DNA of 64,000 nt from an uncultured Acidobacteriota bacterium (GCA_963812185.1 CAWEUE010000004.1:152457-216456); one strand, 5' to 3'; positions 53,938 to 63,345 are shown, counted from the first letter of the stretch. The notes: generated from the letters alone by a model not told the origin. Translations and numbers: made by a program.

Positions 53938-55211
53938 CTAGTCCCGCGTCGCGCCCCGGAGGCGCGCGAACATCCGCTCGTACTTCCCGAGAATCACGTC
54001 CCAGCGGTAGTTGCGCCGCACGTACGCTCGCCCGTTCCGTCCCAGGCCGCGCCGCAGGGCCTCGTCGGCGAGCAGCAGCTCCAGGCACTCGACGAACTCG
54101 TCGCGGTCCGCGTAGTACAGGCCCGGCGTTGCTGCGCAGGCAGTGGTCCACGAGCACGTCGCTTCGCGCGTTGGCCAGCACGGGCGTGCCGACCGCGAAC
54201 GCCTCCAGCGCCAGCAGCGACAGGCTCTCGTAGGGCGACGGCACGACGACGACCGTGGCGGCTTCCAGGGCCTCGAGCCGCTCCTCGCTCCGACAGCCGC
54301 CCCGCGAACCGGATGTAGGGCTCCTCGGGCAGCGGCATGAGCTTCACGCCCATCAGCGCGAGCGAGGCGTCGCCGCCGCCCGCGACGTAGCTGCCGAAGT
54401 ACTCGATCAGCTCCTCGCACCCCTTGCCCGGGTCGATGCGGCCGCCGTAGAGGACGAACGGCCCGTGCAGCCGGTGGCGGCGGCGGAACCGGGCGCCGCG
54501 GCGCCGACAGGTGCGCGGCGTTCGTCGTCCGCCTCGTCGGCGGGCGGGTCGTCGGCGTCCTCCTCTCGTCGGCCGGGTCCGCGGTCGCCGCCGGCCATGC
54601 AGCAGGTCGACGCCGCAGCCCACGGTCTCTTCGGCAATCGCCCGGATCGAGAAGCGTGTCGTCAGGAACCTGCGCTCGACGTCGGTGTTGTAGGCGATCG
54701 CCGCCGGCAGGCTGAAGACCTCCTGGTAGATCTCGAGGTGGATCGCCGGCTCGTCGTGCGCCGTCGGCACGAGCAGGCTGCGGCCCGGGGCGATCTCGCA
54801 GGCCCAGCACGGTCGGCGCGTAGAGGTACGTGAAGAAGATCAGCACGTCGTAGGACGCGTGCTGCCGCTCCAGGTAGTCGAGCAGGGCGAGGGCACCACG
54901 GGCCCTGCTGCGCGAGCCACTCCATCTCGTCCTGGCGCGTGTGCGGGTGGGTGAAGATCCAGTCCGAGTACCGGTTGAACGCCTCGATGTCGCGCGTCCG
55001 CGGCATTGGCGAAACGCCGCACGGTGACGCCGCGCACCCGGTCCGGCCCCTCGGGGTACTCGTTCTTCCAGGTGATGTAGTCGCGCGCGCAGGTGGTGAG
55101 CACCTCCACCTGGTGCCGCTCCGCCAGCCGCTCGGCGATCAGGCGGCAGTGGTATTCGGATCCGCCGAGGATCTCGGTGCCGTAGCGCTGGATGACGAAG
55201 CCAATCTTCAC
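53938..55211 (-). CDS. GT4-family glycosyltransferase, paralogue A2 (of 57574..59058); at least 7 frame breaks in this assembly
   Basis: [53 protein letters not shown] parallels A1. Later pieces ([80 protein letters not shown]...[17 protein letters not shown]) are scattered over three frames. The GTG start overlaps the B2 stop (GTGA). Confidence 0.8.
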
Positions 55212-56313
55212 GAGTCCATCCCTTCAGGCCGGCCGTCGGGCCGGCCGCCCGCGACCTGCGACAGCAGCGCCTCGAGCCGGGGCGTGAGCCGCTCCGTCGA
55301 GAAGTCCTGGAGGCGCCGGCGCTGGCCCGCGAGGACGTCCCGCCGGACGTCCTCGTCGTACGCCAGCAGGCCGAGCAGCTCGGCGGCGTGCTCCAGGTCC
55401 TTCGGTTCGAACAACACGCCGGCGCCGCCGAGCGTCTCGGGGACGGCGCCCGCCGCGTAGGCGAGCACCGGCACGTCGAACGCCATCGCCTCGACGAGCG
55501 GCGCGCAGAACCCCTCGTGCTCGCTCAGCGAGACGTAGGCGTCCGCGCAGCGGTAGTAGGCGGCCAGGTCCGCGTCCGGGACCGGGCCGGTGAACACGAA
55601 CCGTTCCTCGCGCATGCGGTACTCGGCCATGAGCGCCTGCACCGTCTGGATAGTAGCGCGGCACGGCGTCGGTCTTGCCCACGAAGATGAACCGGTAGTA
55701 CGCGTCCACGTAGCGCTTGTAGTGCTCGGCGAGCCGCAGGTGGTCCTCGATGCGCTTGTTCGGCGCGATGCGCCCGACGAACAGGAAGTTCGTCCAGTCG
55801 TCGGTCAGCGCCCGCTCGAGCGCCGGCCGCCGGGGCGCCCGCGTCAGCCGCTCGACGTCCACGGCGAGCGGCAGAACGCCCGTCGGCGAGAAGCCGAGCG
55901 ACTCGAGCTCCCGCCGGTTGAACTCGGACACGCCCAGCGCCAGCTCCACGCGCCCGGCCAGCGCGGCAGATCTCCTGCCGCCCCAGCGCCGCCAGGCGGA
56001 AGATGCCGGGGTCGTAGGGCGCGAAGAAGCGGGCCGGCGTCACGTTGTGGTAGACGAGCACCCGGCCCCGCGGCAAGCCGCCGAACGCCGCGGTCATAGG
56101 CGAGGCCAGCGCGAAATGGAGGATCGTCACGTCGCCCGCCGCCGACGCCGCGCTCTCGAACGGCCGCACGTCGCCTGCGAGCGCGGCGTCGATCGTCAGC
56201 GCGTAGATGTCGGACGTGTGGCCGAGGCCCCGCAGGAGCGCACGGAGGCGCCGGGCGCTGTCGCCGATGGCATCGCCCTGGTGCGCGGCGGGGACCCACT
56301 GGTTGACGACCAT
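55208..56313 (-). CDS. GT4-family glycosyltransferase, paralogue B2 (of 56318..57544); 2 frame breaks in this assembly
   Basis: [27 protein letters not shown]...[30 protein letters not shown]...[64 protein letters not shown]. Breaks are near 55965 and 55650. Confidence 0.8.
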
Positions 56314-56317
56314 CGGC

Positions 56318-57544
56318 TCACGGCTCGTCGCCGGCTCCGAGCCTCGCGGGGTTCGCGGTCGGCGCGGCCGGCAGGGCGCGGTAGGCGGCCGGACGGCTGG
56401 CCCGGATGGCCTCCAGCCGGTCGTACTGGTCGATCTGCTGCCAGAAGTCCCAGGCGACGGCCGGCCGCGGCCGGCGCGCCGCGCGAACGACCTGGTCCAT
56501 GAAGGCGAGCAGCGTGCCGCCGAAGTCGCGCGCGTACAGCCGCTCGAGCGCCGCGTCCTGGCCGTCGACGATCCGCTCCCGGAGATCCGCGTCGGACAGC
56601 ACGGCGTTCATGAGCGCGGCGACCTCGCGGGGGGACTGCGTCTCGTAGAGCACGCCCGCCCCGTCCATCGTCGCCGGCACCGCCGTCGCGGCGTACGCCA
56701 TCACCGGCACGCCCTCGTGGAACGCTTCGATGAGCGGCACGCAGAAGCCCTCGTGCTCGCTCGCGCACAGGAACAGGTCCGCGACGTCGTAGCAGGCGGC
56801 CAGCTCCTCGTTGGACACGTGACCCAGCAGGTGCACGTCGTTCGCGCCGATCGTCGCGATCAGGGTGTGGAGCTGCGACAGGTAGCGCTCGAAGCCGCCG
56901 TACGAGCCGACGAGCAGCAGGCGCGACCGCGGATTGTAGCGCGTCTTGTAGGCCTGGAAGAACCGGATGAGGTTGTCGAAGCGCTTGTTCGGGATGACGC
57001 GGCCCACGAAGAGGACGTTGGTCCAGCCGTCGTCGAAGTCGCGGGTCAGCCAGCCGTTCGGCGGGACGTCGAGGTGCGAGAAGTCCGGCACCACGGGCAG
57101 CACGCCGGTCGGCGCGAAGCCCGTCGCCTCGAGCTCCTGGCGGTTGTACTCCGAGTCGCCGAGCGCGAGGTCGCACCGATCCACGTACGCCGTGAGCTCG
57201 CGGCGCCCGTGGTAGCAGAGCCGGACCAGCTGGCGGTGCACGCCCAGGAAGTACTCGGGCGGCGTGATGTTGTGGTAGACGAGCACCATGCGCGCCGGCA
57301 GCGCCCAGGCCGTGCGCGACGCGCGCGACCCGATCGAGAAGTGGTGGATCAGGACGTCGTCCTCGCCGACCGTGTCGATCAGGTCGCGGTAGTCGAGCGT
57401 CAGTGACTCGAGCCGGCGGTCCGCCGTTTCCACGAAGATCTCGGACTCGTGCCCCGCCGCCCGCAGGACGCGCTGGATGCCCAGCACCTCGTTGCCGATG
57501 GCGTCGCCGTAGCTGAGCGTGGCGAGTACCTGGTGGATGCGCAT
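56318..57544 (-). CDS. GT4-family glycosyltransferase, paralogue B1 (intact)
   Basis: MRIHQVLATLSYGDAIGNEVLGIQRVL...VLVYHNITPPEYF...WTNVLFVGRVIPNKRFDN...ADLFLCASEHEGFCVPLIEAFHEGVPVMAYAATAVPATMDGAGVLY. The ORF extends upstream to 57841 through a repeat region judged non-coding for this gene. Confidence 0.8.
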   Translation of the reverse strand: MRIHQVLATLSYGDAIGNEVLGIQRVLRAAGHESEIFVETADRRLESLTLDYRDLIDTVGEDDVLIHHFSIGSRASRTAWALPARMVLVYHNITPPEYFLGVHRQLVRLCYHGRRELTAYVDRCDLALGDSEYNRQELEATGFAPTGVLPVVPDFSHLDVPPNGWLTRDFDDGWTNVLFVGRVIPNKRFDNLIRFFQAYKTRYNPRSRLLLVGSYGGFERYLSQLHTLIATIGANDVHLLGHVSNEELAACYDVADLFLCASEHEGFCVPLIEAFHEGVPVMAYAATAVPATMDGAGVLYETQSPREVAALMNAVLSDADLRERIVDGQDAALERLYARDFGGTLLAFMDQVVRAARRPRPAVAWDFWQQIDQYDRLEAIRASRPAAYRALPAAPTANPARLGAGDEP

Positions 57545-57573
57545 GGATCGCCTGCCGGACGTCTCCAACTCGA

Positions 57574-59058
57574 TTACGACGGGCGCCGGCGTGGCCGGCG
57601 GCCGCGCCGGTCCTGGTACGACCGGCCGCCCGTCCGTGCCTGGCTCGTCCGTGCCTGGCCCGTCCGCCCCTGGTCCGTCCGTCGCTGGTCCGTCCGTCGC
57701 TGGTCCGGCCGCCCCTGGTCCGGGCGGGGCGCCGGCGCGGCCGTGGGCTGCGGCGGACGCGAGGCCGGCGCGGCGGGGCCGGTGGGCAGGCCCTCGAGCA
57801 CCTCGGCCGCCGGCGGCAGCGTCCGCCGCCGGCGTGCCCACCAGCCGGGGAGCGCCGCCATGCCCGGCGCGGCGCGCCCGGCGCGGTCATCCTCGGCGAG
57901 CCGCTCGAGCATCCCGTCGTATTTGCGCTCGATGACCGGCCACGCGTAGTGCCGCTCGTAGAACGTCTGGCCGTTGCGGCCGAACGGGCCGCTGAGCGGC
58001 CCGTTGGACTCGAGCGCGTACAGCGTCTCGACGAACTCCTCGCGCGTCTCGTAGTACAGCCCGGCCCCGCTGCGCAGGCACTGTCCCCGCAGCACGTCGC
58101 AGCGGCCGTTGACCAGCACCGGCCGGCCGATCGCCCACGCCTCGAGCACCGCCATCGAGAGGCTCTCGAAATACGACGGCATGATCAGCAGGTCGGCGGC
58201 CGCGATCGCATCGAACTTGTCCTCGTCCGGCAGGAACCCCAGGTGGCGGATGCGGGGGTGATCCGGCACCGGGATGACCGTCCCGCCGACGAGCACGAGA
58301 TCCAGGCCCCGGGGGAACGCCGACGCGTAGCTGGTGAAGTGCGCGAAGAGCTCGGGGCAGCCCTTGTTCTCGTCGATCCGCCCCACGTAGACCGCGAACC
58401 GCCGTTCGAGGCCGTGCTTCCGCCGGAACCGCTCCGCGCTCGGCCGGTCCGGCACCTCGGAGCCGACGCCGACGACGACCGACGGCACCGACGCGTTGTC
58501 GGCGGCGGCCTGGATCATCGCCCGCTCCTCGAGCGAGTTGTACATGATGCCGCGCACGCCGCGGAAGAGCGGGCCGAACAGGTCCAGGCCGACCGCCGGA
58601 TCGCGTTCGGCCGTCGGCACGAGCACGGCCCGGCCGCCGGCGGCGCGCGCACCGTGGTACGCGTGGTAGTAGCGGTAGCTGAAGAAGAGGAGGAAGTCGT
58701 AGTCCGCGCGGCGCCGGCGGACGTAGGAGACGAGCGCCGGGCTCGCCGGGCCCTCGCTCGCCAGCCAGGCCAGCTCGTCGGCCGTCGAGTGCGTCGTGTC
58801 GAACACCCGGCGCGACCAGCGGCCGAATTCCGCCGGGCGCCGCTCGCGGCGCACCGGGAAGCGGCGCACCGCGACGCCGTGGACCGTGTCGAGCCCGGCC
58901 GGGAGCTCGTTGCGCCACGTGATGTAGTCACGCGCGCAGGTGGTGAGCACCTCCACCTCGTGGTGGCGAGCGAGGTGCTCGGCCACGAACCGGGCGTGCT
59001 GCTCGGCGCCGCCGTTGATGTCCGCGCCGTAGCGCTGGACCACGATGCCGAGCTTCAC
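57574..59058 (-). CDS. GT4-family glycosyltransferase, paralogue A1 (intact), with ~105-aa low-complexity C-terminal extension of doubtful reality
   Basis: [53 protein letters not shown]...FAVYVGRIDENKGCPELF...LIMPSYFESLSMAVLEAWAIGRPVLVN...YAWPVIERKYDGMLERL. The tail past ~57880 is Pro/Arg/Thr-rich and covers the 15-bp repeat. The GTG start overlaps the upstream stop (GTGA). Confidence 0.8.
   Translation of the reverse strand: MKLGIVVQRYGADINGGAEQHARFVAEHLARHHEVEVLTTCARDYITWRNELPAGLDTVHGVAVRRFPVRRERRPAEFGRWSRRVFDTTHSTADELAWLASEGPASPALVSYVRRRRADYDFLLFFSYRYYHAYHGARAAGGRAVLVPTAERDPAVGLDLFGPLFRGVRGIMYNSLEERAMIQAAADNASVPSVVVGVGSEVPDRPSAERFRRKHGLERRFAVYVGRIDENKGCPELFAHFTSYASAFPRGLDLVLVGGTVIPVPDHPRIRHLGFLPDEDKFDAIAAADLLIMPSYFESLSMAVLEAWAIGRPVLVNGRCDVLRGQCLRSGAGLYYETREEFVETLYALESNGPLSGPFGRNGQTFYERHYAWPVIERKYDGMLERLAEDDRAGRAAPGMAALPGWWARRRRTLPPAAEVLEGLPTGPAAPASRPPQPTAAPAPRPDQGRPDQRRTDQRRTDQGRTGQARTSQARTGGRSYQDRRGRRPRRRPS
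57631..57720. repeat. 15-bp tandem repeat, 6 units (CGTCCGTSSCTGGYC)
   Basis: cgtccgtgcctggct cgtccgtgcctggcc cgtccgcccctggtc cgtccgtcgctggtc cgtccgtcgctggtc cggccgcccctggtc. Confidence 0.85.
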
Positions 59059-59933
59059 TGGTCCTCGGGGTCGGGTTCGCCCGCGGTGGCGTCGTCGGCC
59101 GCCGGGCGTTCGTCGCCCGCCGGCGCGTCGGCGGGGACCTCATCCATCTCGTCGGGGGCGTCGCTCGCGTCGCCTCCGGGCCCGGACGGCGCGCCGGCCG
59201 CCGCCGCGCCGCCGGCCTCGTCCGCCGGCCGGGCGCCGCGGCGGCGCCGCCGCCGTCTCTTCCGCCGGCGTGCCTCGCCCTCGGCTGCTTCGTCGCTGGC
59301 CGGCGCGCGGTCGGCCGGGGTGTCCGCCTCGGCCGGGCGCTCCGCGGCCGGAGCGGCGGGGGGGGCGCCGGGCCGGGACTGCACCACGCCCTCGAGCGCC
59401 CGCGCGCGGCGCTCGTCGAAGTCGAGCCGGCTCGACAGCGACTCGACGCGCATCTTGAGGTTCTTGACCTCGATGCCGAGGCGGGTCATTTCGAGCACGA
59501 GGTTGTGCATGACCTCGAAGTAGAGAGGATCGAGCTGCTCCCGCTTCTGGTTGCGCGTGTAGAACCGCTCGTTGATCTCCGCCTGCAGGTGCAGGACGTG
59601 GGCCAGCGGCCCCGGGTTGAAGAACAGCTTGAGCACCGGGTTGAGCAGCCGGCGGATCCAGCGGAGCCCGCCCCGGTGCGTCGCGTAGAGCGTGTCGTCC
59701 TCGAACGTGTAGTTGAGCGGATCCATCGGCTCCGGGCGGCGGCGCTGGAACTGCTCGAGGAGGTCCGAGCGCACGCCGTTCGGCTCGAGGAACTTCTCGA
59801 GCTTCACGGTTGCGAGGCGGCGAATCTCGTCTTCGGTGTAGTCGACGCCGCGCTTCTCGCGGATCCGAGCCCGGATCTGACGCATGATCTGCTCGACGTC
59901 GATGGCATCGGCGCGAATGTTGAACTCTGCCAT
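59055..59933 (-). CDS. Hypothetical protein, helical/coiled-coil N-domain and highly charged disordered tail (RRRKRRRRRRRG, Asp/Glu/Ala/Pro-rich)
   Basis: MAEFNIRADAIDVEQIMRQIRARIREKRG...LGIEVKNLKMRVESLSSRLDFDERR. Translationally coupled to GT4 A1. Family not recognised. Confidence 0.55.
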   Translation of the reverse strand: MAEFNIRADAIDVEQIMRQIRARIREKRGVDYTEDEIRRLATVKLEKFLEPNGVRSDLLEQFQRRRPEPMDPLNYTFEDDTLYATHRGGLRWIRRLLNPVLKLFFNPGPLAHVLHLQAEINERFYTRNQKREQLDPLYFEVMHNLVLEMTRLGIEVKNLKMRVESLSSRLDFDERRARALEGVVQSRPGAPPAAPAAERPAEADTPADRAPASDEAAEGEARRRKRRRRRRRGARPADEAGGAAAAGAPSGPGGDASDAPDEMDEVPADAPAGDERPAADDATAGEPDPEDQ

Positions 59934-59952
59934 AGGTGCCTCGTCCGGCCGC

Positions 59953-61233
59953 TCACGGCGTCGGCGTGCCGGCGCGGCGCCGGCGGGCCGTGAACTCTGG
60001 AGCCTCCTTCAGGCACGTGCCCAGGATCCCCAGCGAGCGCAGGAGCGCGCGCAGGCCCGTGCGCGGCGCGGCTGCAGGTTCGGTGCCCGTGAGCGGATAG
60101 CCGTCCGCGTCGGGCGTGACGTGCTCCCAGTTCCGGAACAGGCGGCCCCAGGGGCTCGCGAGCGCCGCCCGCATGGCGCGGCGCGCCTTGAGCGGGTACC
60201 AGAAGCTGTCGTGGTAGACGACGCTCGCCACGTAGGCCCACGGGGCGAGCACGGTCCTCAAGGACCATTCGAGAGGCCGCTTCAGCGGCCCCCAGTAGAT
60301 CTGGTGCTGCATCCGCGACGCGAACGTCATGCGCCGGAACGGCCCGACGAAGTGCCAGTTGGCCGCCGCGGCCTGCGTGTCGCCGGCGATCTCGATCTCC
60401 CTCGGGTCGGCGCAGCCGAGGCCGAGGTCGTGGGCGAGGCGGAGGTACCGGATCGAGAGCGGGTCGAAGCCCATGAGCTTCGCGGCGACCGCGTCGATCG
60501 CGACCTGGTCGGCGCTCGCCAGGATCACGTCCTTCACGTGGGGCACCATGCACCGCGGCCCCGGCCCGTCCCCCGCGAACGTGCCGTCCATCACGGCGAA
60601 CACGCCCCGGTGGATCGCGCGCTGGATCATCAGCAGGTCGACCAGCGTCTCGTGGATCACCGGGTGGGTCCAGTGCCGGCGCTCGTTCAGCAGCCCGCCG
60701 AAGGCGTTCTTCATCGCCCCGGTGGTGGTGGTGAAGACGTGGGTCTTCACGGTGGGCAGGTGGATGATGTTCTCGCCGATGAACCGGCGCGGGATGAGGA
60801 AGCCCTTGGGGTAGACGTCGTTCAGGCAGATGAACCGGCGCGTGAGGTCGCCCACCGCCTCACGGATGTCGATCCACTCCTCGCCCGGCTCGTAGATGTG
60901 GAGGTTGCGCAGGCCGTGCGCCTCGACGACCTGGACCTGCTTGTTCTCGCGCTCGCCGAGCCGGGCGTCGATCACGACGGTCCGGTTGTGGCACGCGTGG
61001 ATGCGCGCCGGGTCGTAGCCGTCCCGGCGCATCGCCGCGATCACGCCGTCGAGCTGCCACGGCGTGGTCGAGCTGCCCGGGAAGAAGAAGTGCCAGGAGA
61101 TGTTGACCTTGAGCGCCGTCTCCGCGTCGCGCGCCACCACGTCCTGGTAGCCGGCCAGGTTCATCAGGTCGTGGTAGTCGCGCCGCGCCGTCTCGGGGCG
61201 CGTGTGCCGCAAGGCCACCTTCGCGCGTGCCAT
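59953..61233 (-). CDS. DUF362-domain protein with C-terminal extension
   Basis: ALKVNISWHFFFPGSSTTPWQLDGVI...IIHLPTVKTHVFTTTTGAMKNAFGGLL...AVMDGTFAGDGPGPR...ILASADQVAIDAVAAKLMGFDP matches the DUF362 pattern as I remember it. Confidence 0.65.
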   Translation of the reverse strand: MARAKVALRHTRPETARRDYHDLMNLAGYQDVVARDAETALKVNISWHFFFPGSSTTPWQLDGVIAAMRRDGYDPARIHACHNRTVVIDARLGERENKQVQVVEAHGLRNLHIYEPGEEWIDIREAVGDLTRRFICLNDVYPKGFLIPRRFIGENIIHLPTVKTHVFTTTTGAMKNAFGGLLNERRHWTHPVIHETLVDLLMIQRAIHRGVFAVMDGTFAGDGPGPRCMVPHVKDVILASADQVAIDAVAAKLMGFDPLSIRYLRLAHDLGLGCADPREIEIAGDTQAAAANWHFVGPFRRMTFASRMQHQIYWGPLKRPLEWSLRTVLAPWAYVASVVYHDSFWYPLKARRAMRAALASPWGRLFRNWEHVTPDADGYPLTGTEPAAAPRTGLRALLRSLGILGTCLKEAPEFTARRRRAGTPTP

Positions 61234-61258
61234 GAACTCCTCGGCCCTCCGTGCCCAA

Positions 61259-62218
61259 TCAGAACAACGGGAGCCGTCCCCCGTAGATGATCAGAATCAC
61301 CGCGAGGCCCCAGAGCGCCACCGCGGTGAGCAACGGCCCGTCCGTCAGCAGCGCCTCCGACGGGCTGCCGCCGCCGTCCTTCCGGTACACCAGGTACAGG
61401 TACCGGAAGATGCCGTACGCCGGGAACGGCAGCGTCAGCTCCAGCTGCGCGGTGCCGAACTTCTGCACCGTCTCCGGGCTCGCCGTGTAAATCACGTACG
61501 CGATGAGCGTCGCCGCCGCCACGACCGCGATCATCTGGTCGAGCAGCTGTGCGCTGTAGTCCGCCAGAATCGACCGGTGCCCGGTCGCCCGGTCCCCGAG
61601 CGTCAGGATCTCGTGCCGCCGCTTGCTGAAGCCCAGGAACAGGGCCAGCATCAGCGTGAGCACCATCAGCCAGTCACTGAACGGGACGCCGACCACCACC
61701 GCGCCGGCCCACGCCCGCAGCACAAAGCCAATCGCGATGGTCAGCACGTCGACGATCACGATCCGCTTCAACGGGCCCGAGTAGAGCGCCAGCAGGCCCA
61801 GGTACGCCGCCGCCACGAGGGCGAAGCTCCAGCCGAGCCACACGGCCGCCGCCAGGCCCGCCGCGCCGAGCACCAGCGCGGCGCCGAGGGCGGCTCCCAC
61901 CGGCAGCTCGCCGGCGGTAATCGGCCGGCGAGCCTTGACCGGGTGCTCGCGGTCGGCCTCCCGATCCACGACGTCGTTGACCAGGTAGACGACGCCGGAC
62001 AGCACGCAGAACACGGCGAACGCGCCCGCCGCCCGCCCGACGGCCGCCGGCGCCCCGAGCCGCTGGCCGAAGATGAGCCCCGCGAAGATGATCAGGTTCT
62101 TCGTCCACTGATGCGGACGGAGGGAAACGAGCAGGTGGCGCGCGAACGAACGAGGCGCCGCCCCGGTCGGCGGCGCCGTGCGCGGCTCTACGATGTCTTG
62201 AGCTGACCTGCGCGCCAT
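61259..62218 (-). CDS. UbiA-family prenyltransferase of the decaprenyl-phosphate phosphoribosyltransferase (DPPR synthase, Rv3806c-like) type
   Basis: LRPHQWTKNLIIFAGLIF...YLVNDVVDREADREHPVKARRPITAG...IDVLTIAIGFVLRAWAGA...LALFLGFSKRRHE; about 8 TM helices. Confidence 0.75.
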   Translation of the reverse strand: MARRSAQDIVEPRTAPPTGAAPRSFARHLLVSLRPHQWTKNLIIFAGLIFGQRLGAPAAVGRAAGAFAVFCVLSGVVYLVNDVVDREADREHPVKARRPITAGELPVGAALGAALVLGAAGLAAAVWLGWSFALVAAAYLGLLALYSGPLKRIVIVDVLTIAIGFVLRAWAGAVVVGVPFSDWLMVLTLMLALFLGFSKRRHEILTLGDRATGHRSILADYSAQLLDQMIAVVAAATLIAYVIYTASPETVQKFGTAQLELTLPFPAYGIFRYLYLVYRKDGGGSPSEALLTDGPLLTAVALWGLAVILIIYGGRLPLF

Positions 62219-62253
62219 GTAAGCGCGGCGGGGAAAGGGCCCGAAGGCCCCAC

Positions 62254-62595
62254 CTAGGCGGAGAAGCTCGCGAGGGCCTCTTGCTCCGAGTCGAAGGTCT
62301 CGAATACCGTGAGCAGCTTCGTGATCGACAGCAGATCCTGGATCCGCTTGGTCAGGTGGACGAGCTTCAACTTGCCCCCCTGCCGGCTGACCGTCGTATA
62401 GGTGCGGACGATTTCGCCCAGACCCGCGCTGTCGATGTACGGAACGCCTTCGAGGTTGAGCAGGATGGCCTTCCGCTCCTGCTGGACGAGCGAGTTGATC
62501 TTGTCCTTGAGCAGCTCGTCACCTTCGCCCAACGTGAGCTTGCCCTTGAGATCGAGCACCATCACGTTTCCGACCACTCGTTCCTCGATGTGCAT
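62254..62595 (-). CDS. STAS-domain anti-sigma-factor antagonist (SpoIIAA/RsbV-like)
   Basis: VMVLDLKGKLTLGEG...AILLNLEGVPYIDSAGLGEIV...GGKLKLVHLTKRIQDLLSITKL, with the conserved DSAG phosphorylatable Ser. Confidence 0.85.
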   Translation of the reverse strand: MHIEERVVGNVMVLDLKGKLTLGEGDELLKDKINSLVQQERKAILLNLEGVPYIDSAGLGEIVRTYTTVSRQGGKLKLVHLTKRIQDLLSITKLLTVFETFDSEQEALASFSA

Positions 62596-62682
62596 ACAGC
62601 GCGCTCCCTCTCACGCCCACTTCGGTCCGCACCTCGCGGGGACACGATGCAGTCCTCAACGGGGCCTCGAAAAGACGGGCGA

Positions 62683-62712
62683 AGTGTACCGCGAAAAATC
62701 CAATCGTGTCAA
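62683..62712 (-). promoter_or_regulatory. Sigma70-type promoter candidate on the minus strand (TTGACA-18-TACACT) for the STAS gene
   Basis: The plus strand shows AGTGTA (62683-62688) and TGTCAA (62707-62712). This lies ~80 nt upstream of the STAS ATG. Confidence 0.45.
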
Positions 62713-62820
62713 GGACCTGCGGGAATTTCAGACCTTCCCGCAGGCCCCTGGGTCGGGCGCCGCGAGCCCCCCGCGGGGGGGGCTGCCAGGCGACCATGGC
62801 GAGCGAACCGACGGCCGGGG

Positions 62821-63129
62821 TCAGACCCCGCCAGCGGCGGTCTTGCGCTGCTGGAAGCAATCCCGGCAGAACACGGGACGCCCCTGCGTCGGACGAAACG
62901 GGACGGTGGTCTCCTTCCCGCAACTGGAGCACACCGTCCGGGTCTCCACGCGCTCTCGCCCCCCCGGCGAACCGGTCGCGATCCGCTCGGCGCGTTTCGC
63001 CTTGCAGGCGCGGCAGCGCTTGGGCTCGTTCTTGAAGTTCTTGTCCGCGAAGAACGACTGTTCACCCGCAGTCCAGACGAACTCGGTCCCGCAATCGATA
63101 CACTGAAGGGTCCGGTCCTGGAACTCCAT
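62821..63129 (-). CDS. Small protein with two CxxC...CxxC zinc-ribbon modules
   Basis: LQCIDCGTEFVWTAGEQSFFADKNFKNEPKRCRACKAKR and TVCSSCGKETTVPFRPTQGRPVFCRDCFQQR. Sits 18 nt downstream of rpsU. Confidence 0.7.
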   Translation of the reverse strand: MEFQDRTLQCIDCGTEFVWTAGEQSFFADKNFKNEPKRCRACKAKRAERIATGSPGGRERVETRTVCSSCGKETTVPFRPTQGRPVFCRDCFQQRKTAAGGV

Positions 63130-63147
63130 GGCACGCCCTCGTCTTCA

Positions 63148-63345
63148 CTACTCAGCCTCTCGGCGCTGCTTCTTGCGCGTCCGCTTGCGAGCGAGCGCCT
63201 GCTTGGCCCGACGCTTGTCTCCAGGCTTGAGATAGAACGAGTGCTTCTTGATATCCTTGATGATATCTTCCTGCTGCACCTTGCGCTTGAAACGGCGAAG
63301 CGCGCTCTCGATCGATTCGCCGTCCTGCACCTTGACTTCAGCCAA
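63148..63345 (-). CDS. rpsU: 30S ribosomal protein S21
   Basis: MAEVKVQDGESIESALRRFKRKVQQEDIIKDIKKHSFYLKPGDKRRAKQALARKR, a canonical S21. TTG start. Confidence 0.92.
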   Translation of the reverse strand: MAEVKVQDGESIESALRRFKRKVQQEDIIKDIKKHSFYLKPGDKRRAKQALARKRTRKKQRREAE

